Below, piece by piece: positions 59,826 to 64,000 of a stretch of DNA of 64,000 nucleotides. Every line of letters begins with the position of its first letter. The stretch's first letter is position 1. The translations under genes and the position numbers were made by a program. This DNA is from Nageia nagi (taxonomy: Eukaryota > Plantae > Pinophyta), in contig JBITNC010000002.1 in the NCBI GenBank assembly GCA_050084985.1, forward strand, positions 7,254,001-7,318,000, written 5' to 3'. The notes beneath the pieces were generated by a model. The model searched no databases and was not told the origin of the DNA. It saw only the letters and a program-made list of their open reading frames with translations.

Positions 59826-61580
59826 TCTCTACAAATGATCTAAGGTAATATAGAAAAATGACAAGTCTATCATAAGCATGCAATAATGAAAGGAAAAAAG
59901 ATAATAACTCTTGTGTTAATAGATCTCTTGATAGGTAGTTTTGATAAAAATCATGTGATATATGCACATGGTGCTACCAGTCAACATATCCAATAGTCAT
60001 CCTATGTGTATGTATCTTCCCTTTATAGGAAAAATAACCTTCCAAAATGTATGGTGAACCTCCAACATCGATGTTTGGCCTCTTGCATAAATAAAAAGAA
60101 AGAGACATATCATATAATACTTAGGGTTGACCCAAATGATAATATAACAACATAAAGGAATAAATGATAACTAATTTGGGTACTAAATTAGATGTCTAAA
60201 GTTGACCCCCTTTGCAAGTTTAATTGAGTGCTAATGAAATTATGCTTGAAAAGGAATAAAGAGATAAAAGGATAGAGATACTTACCAAGTCATTGCAAAG
60301 ATTATGAAGCTTTGGGTATCCATTTTTGAGATGTTATCTTGCCTCCTCTTTTCCTTGGCTTTTTCAATGATGAAATTCAGCAAAGACTGAAGAAATCAAG
60401 GTAAGGATATCTTGTTAACAAAATAGAAAACATTTCCAAAATATAATATATTTCATATCATAAAGATATATCAATTAGGGGCAAATACGAAATAAACATA
60501 ATATAGTATATCATAACATAACATCTTTATGAAAGCTCTTTGTACCCCATTCATGGATGTTGAACATAAGGTGATGGTTAATGCTCCAACCAACAAAGGG
60601 AAAACATCTTCATGGTAGCTCTTTATGCCTCGTTCATAGATGTTGAACATAAGGTGATGGTTAATGCACCAGCCAACAAAGGAAAAACATCATCATTGAA
60701 GGTCTTTGTGCCCCATTCATAAATATTGCACACAAAGGATAGGTAACATCATCTCTACAAATGATCTAAGGTAATATAGAAAAATGACAAGTCTATCATA
60801 AGCATGCAATAATGAAAGGAAAAAAGATAATAACTCTTGTGTTAATAGATCTCTTGATAGGTAGTTTTGATAAAAATCATGTGATATATGCACATGGTGC
60901 TACCATTCAACATATCCAATAGTCATCCTATGTGTATGTATTCTTCCCTTTATAGGAAAAATAACCTTCCAAAATGTATGGTGAACTCAACATACAATGA
61001 TTAGGCCTTGCACAAATAAAAAGAAAGAGACATATCATATAATACTTAGGGTTGACCAAATGATAAAATAAAACATAAAGGAATAAATGATAACTAATTT
61101 GGGTACTAAATTAGATGTCTAATTGACCCCTTTGCAAGTTTAATTGAGTGCTAATGAAATTATGCTTGAAAAGATAAAAGATAAAATGATAGAGATACTT
61201 ACCAATCATTGCAAAATTATGAAGCTTTGGGTATCCATTTTTTGAGATGTTATCTTGCCTCACTCATTTTCATTGGCTTTTTCAATGATGAAATTCAGCA
61301 AAGAGTGAAAATCAAGGTAAGGATTATCTTGTTAACAAATAGAAAACATTCCAAAATATAATATTTCATATCATAAAATAATCAATTAGGGCAAATACGA
61401 AATAAACATAATATAGTATATCATAAATAACATCTTATGAAAGCTCTTGTACCATTAGATGTTGAACATAAGGATGGTTAAGCTCCAACCACAAAGGAAA
61501 CTCTCATGTAGCTTATGCCTTCATAGATGAAAATAAGTATGGTTAATGCCCAGCAACAAAGAAAAACATATCATTGAAGT
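59826..61580. repeat. ~926-bp tandem duplication with an indel-riddled second copy; contains an 83-bp sub-repeat (60521-60735)
   Basis: TCTCTACAAATGATCTAAGG starts at 59826 and 60752. Confidence 0.93.
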
Positions 61581-62429
61581 TGTATCATTAGACAAAAGAC
61601 AATAGGACCACTATATAAATGTACATAAAAGTAACTCATAGAAGCTAAATTAGATGAACATATGTACGATACTAACAATAAGTAATCAATATGACTTAAA
61701 GTCGCATACTTCATGGAAACATAACATAGAAGACTATGAATCTATAATCTTGAAATTTGAGATAGATAAAATCACTTACATTTGGCATAATGAGACATCT
61801 ATTATGTAACATTGCATCAACACATATAGCATTGCATGGTGTTAGGTTTCTTAGGTGACTAAACCTAAGAATATTCATTTGGATCCAACTACATACATCT
61901 TCTTGTAACTTTATTGCTCAAATGATTGAATCTTAGATCAAGGGTTCAATAATACTTTAAAAAGTGCCTAAACATACAAGATCCCTAGCTATATCTAAGA
62001 TTCTTAACTAGACACTTATGCTAAATAGGAAAATCAAAATATAAAACTATTTTATAAATATTATGAAAATTCATTGTACCTTCTCAAAAGTTAAAGGAAG
62101 GAAAAATTATATAAATGTTTAGTTTGAAAATCTCAAGATAGATCTTACAAAAGGTTATTTCTATGAATTGCAAGTGCAACTACACCTTTGTAATTTCATT
62201 TTATTGAAATAAAATTTATATTTTCTCTCTAGAAAAAGAAAAATAATTTATGAACATTTTAACAACAATAAAAAAATAAAGGTTACAAAAATATTTCATA
62301 TAATGTTAGTTCTAAACAATTAGACGTATTCTATTTAGTCTTTCAACTTTATAATAATATCAAAATAGTAAAACTAACATCATAATAAGTTCTTGGGTGC
62401 AACATATTATTCACTCCATCTACAAATTA

Positions 62430-63400
62430 GGAGATGGTTCCATTACAAATAATTACATGCTATTATGATCAAGCATATCCTTTTGCTAAGTTGTATAGCA
62501 TAGTGTTAGGAATAAAATTTTCAAGAGAACTAGAGTACAAGAAACTGTGGTCTATGGATCATGCAAGTTTCAAGAGCGATTACCAAATTAATGATCACAT
62601 ATTTACCCTTCATGCCATTATTGAGGAGTCTTGTTAATGTTCTATCAAAATATTTTATTTCTTCATTGACTTTAGAAAGGTATTTTACTTGATCTTGAGA
62701 CTTCACCTTCTCTAATGGTTCCATGATGTTGGTATCTCTGATCCCCTTGTTCTAGCTACCACCAGGATATATAAGATAATGGTAGGCTAGTTTTGTATCC
62801 CTCATGGCCTCTTTAACTCTATTAAGAGTACCATTAGGGTTAAACATGGTTATTCCCTCTCATCGACCCTCTTTGATATCTATATTGATAAGCTCGAGTC
62901 TTCAACAAAATACTCATGCAAATGATGATTGGTTTCTTCAGTATGTGATGATTATTATTATAATTTTTGACCATAATGTGATTGCCCTCTCCCACTCTAT
63001 TGATGGCTTACAGAGACACCTAGATTCTTTTAATCATTTTTATGATATCCATAAACTTATTGTCAACCTTTTCAAAACAAAGGCCATCAATTTTAACAAT
63101 TTAAAAGATGCAATCTATAGAGATCACCACCTCTTACACTTGCTTGGGTGCGATAGTTTTTAGACCACCTTTCAGTTTGAGACTTGCTTCTCAATCACAT
63201 CTTTGTAAGAGCTATGCTTCCATATCTACTTTAGAACACCAATATTTTCAAACCCATTTTAAAGATATCCCCTTAAATATGCATCTCTTCAATGCTATTG
63301 TTCTACTCATTACCATGTGGGTTGGAGGTTTGGGTGCCCAATTTAATCCACCAATCTTTGAGTGAGTTTAAACTTTGATGCTCCCACATCTAATTTGTTA
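62430..63400 (+). pseudogene. Non-LTR retrotransposon (RTE/RTEX-like) reverse transcriptase remnant
   Basis: DHIFTLHAIIEE, FIDFRKVF, IRVKHGYSLSSTLFDIYIDKL (GVxQGxxLSPxLF motif), SIDGLQRHLDSF...LIVNLFKTKAINF, YTCLG. Confidence 0.85.
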
Positions 63401-64000
63401 CAATAAGTGGTTGAAAAAGATATGATCAATAATTCAAATTGTAAATCAAATGCCCAAAAATCGTAAAGTCAAGGCCTTTATTGAAAAAATTCAAATTTTA
63501 AATTGAAGCCCCAAAAAGATTTGATCAATAATAAAATAATGATTGTTAATACAAGCATATCTAAGAAGATAAGCTTATTAAAAAAATTCAAAATACAATG
63601 TGATACGAATTAGATTGTATTAGGTTGATCTCTGTAGGAGCAGTACTCATCCCAGAGGTATCTATGCTTGGAGATTGAATGAATATTGAAATATGAAGGC
63701 AATTGGTAATAAAAACCATGCTACTAACAATGTAAAATCTACTATTTTTAGGCTACCAACAACATGTATTTTGATGAATCAATAGTGGAAGTTGAAGGGG
63801 CATTAATGGTTCAGATAGTTGAGTAATTCAATATCATCAATTGACATCTTGGAGACATTTATAAGCCTATTTAAAGGAGTGCTATTCTCTTGATTAATAA
63901 TCTTAGCTTAGAGAGTTTTAGGATTTTGGGATTGTAAAGATTTGAAGGAAGACTAAGAGTCATTCCAAAATTTTTGTAGTTCTAAAGTTGTTCTTATTGT

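Overview
This is AT-rich eukaryotic plant nuclear DNA, most likely from a large-genome gymnosperm (inferred from very long TE-filled introns and the repeat landscape). It holds one intact host gene: an 11-exon WD40-repeat gene of the WDR20/DMWD/CreC family on the + strand (CDS 19426-52749, 1605 nt spliced, 534 aa, all GT-AG introns, introns up to 15.2 kb). The rest is layered, mostly decayed mobile DNA. At 1-3748 is a Ty3/gypsy-type element with a tRNA-Trp PBS, gag but no pol in the visible part, and an antisense, intron-containing plant-mobile-domain (PMD) gene. There are three decayed Ty1/copia elements, solo LTRs, RTE/RTEX-like LINE fragments, SINE-like elements, a TSD-flanked coding retroposon lacking RT, a MITE-like element and several tandem repeats. 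The most notable observations are the gag-only element with its spliced antisense PMD-acidic-coiled-coil gene; the RT-less coding retroposon; a G:U-biased intronic hairpin with a perfect 21-bp core; a near-perfect promoter palindrome; a palindromic repeat-spacer array in a 3-kb LTR; a young 291-bp array of an old copia LTR/leader junction; a templated-filler repair scar; and a probable assembly artefact near 60.7-61.6 kb. All calls were made by eye, with no database searches.
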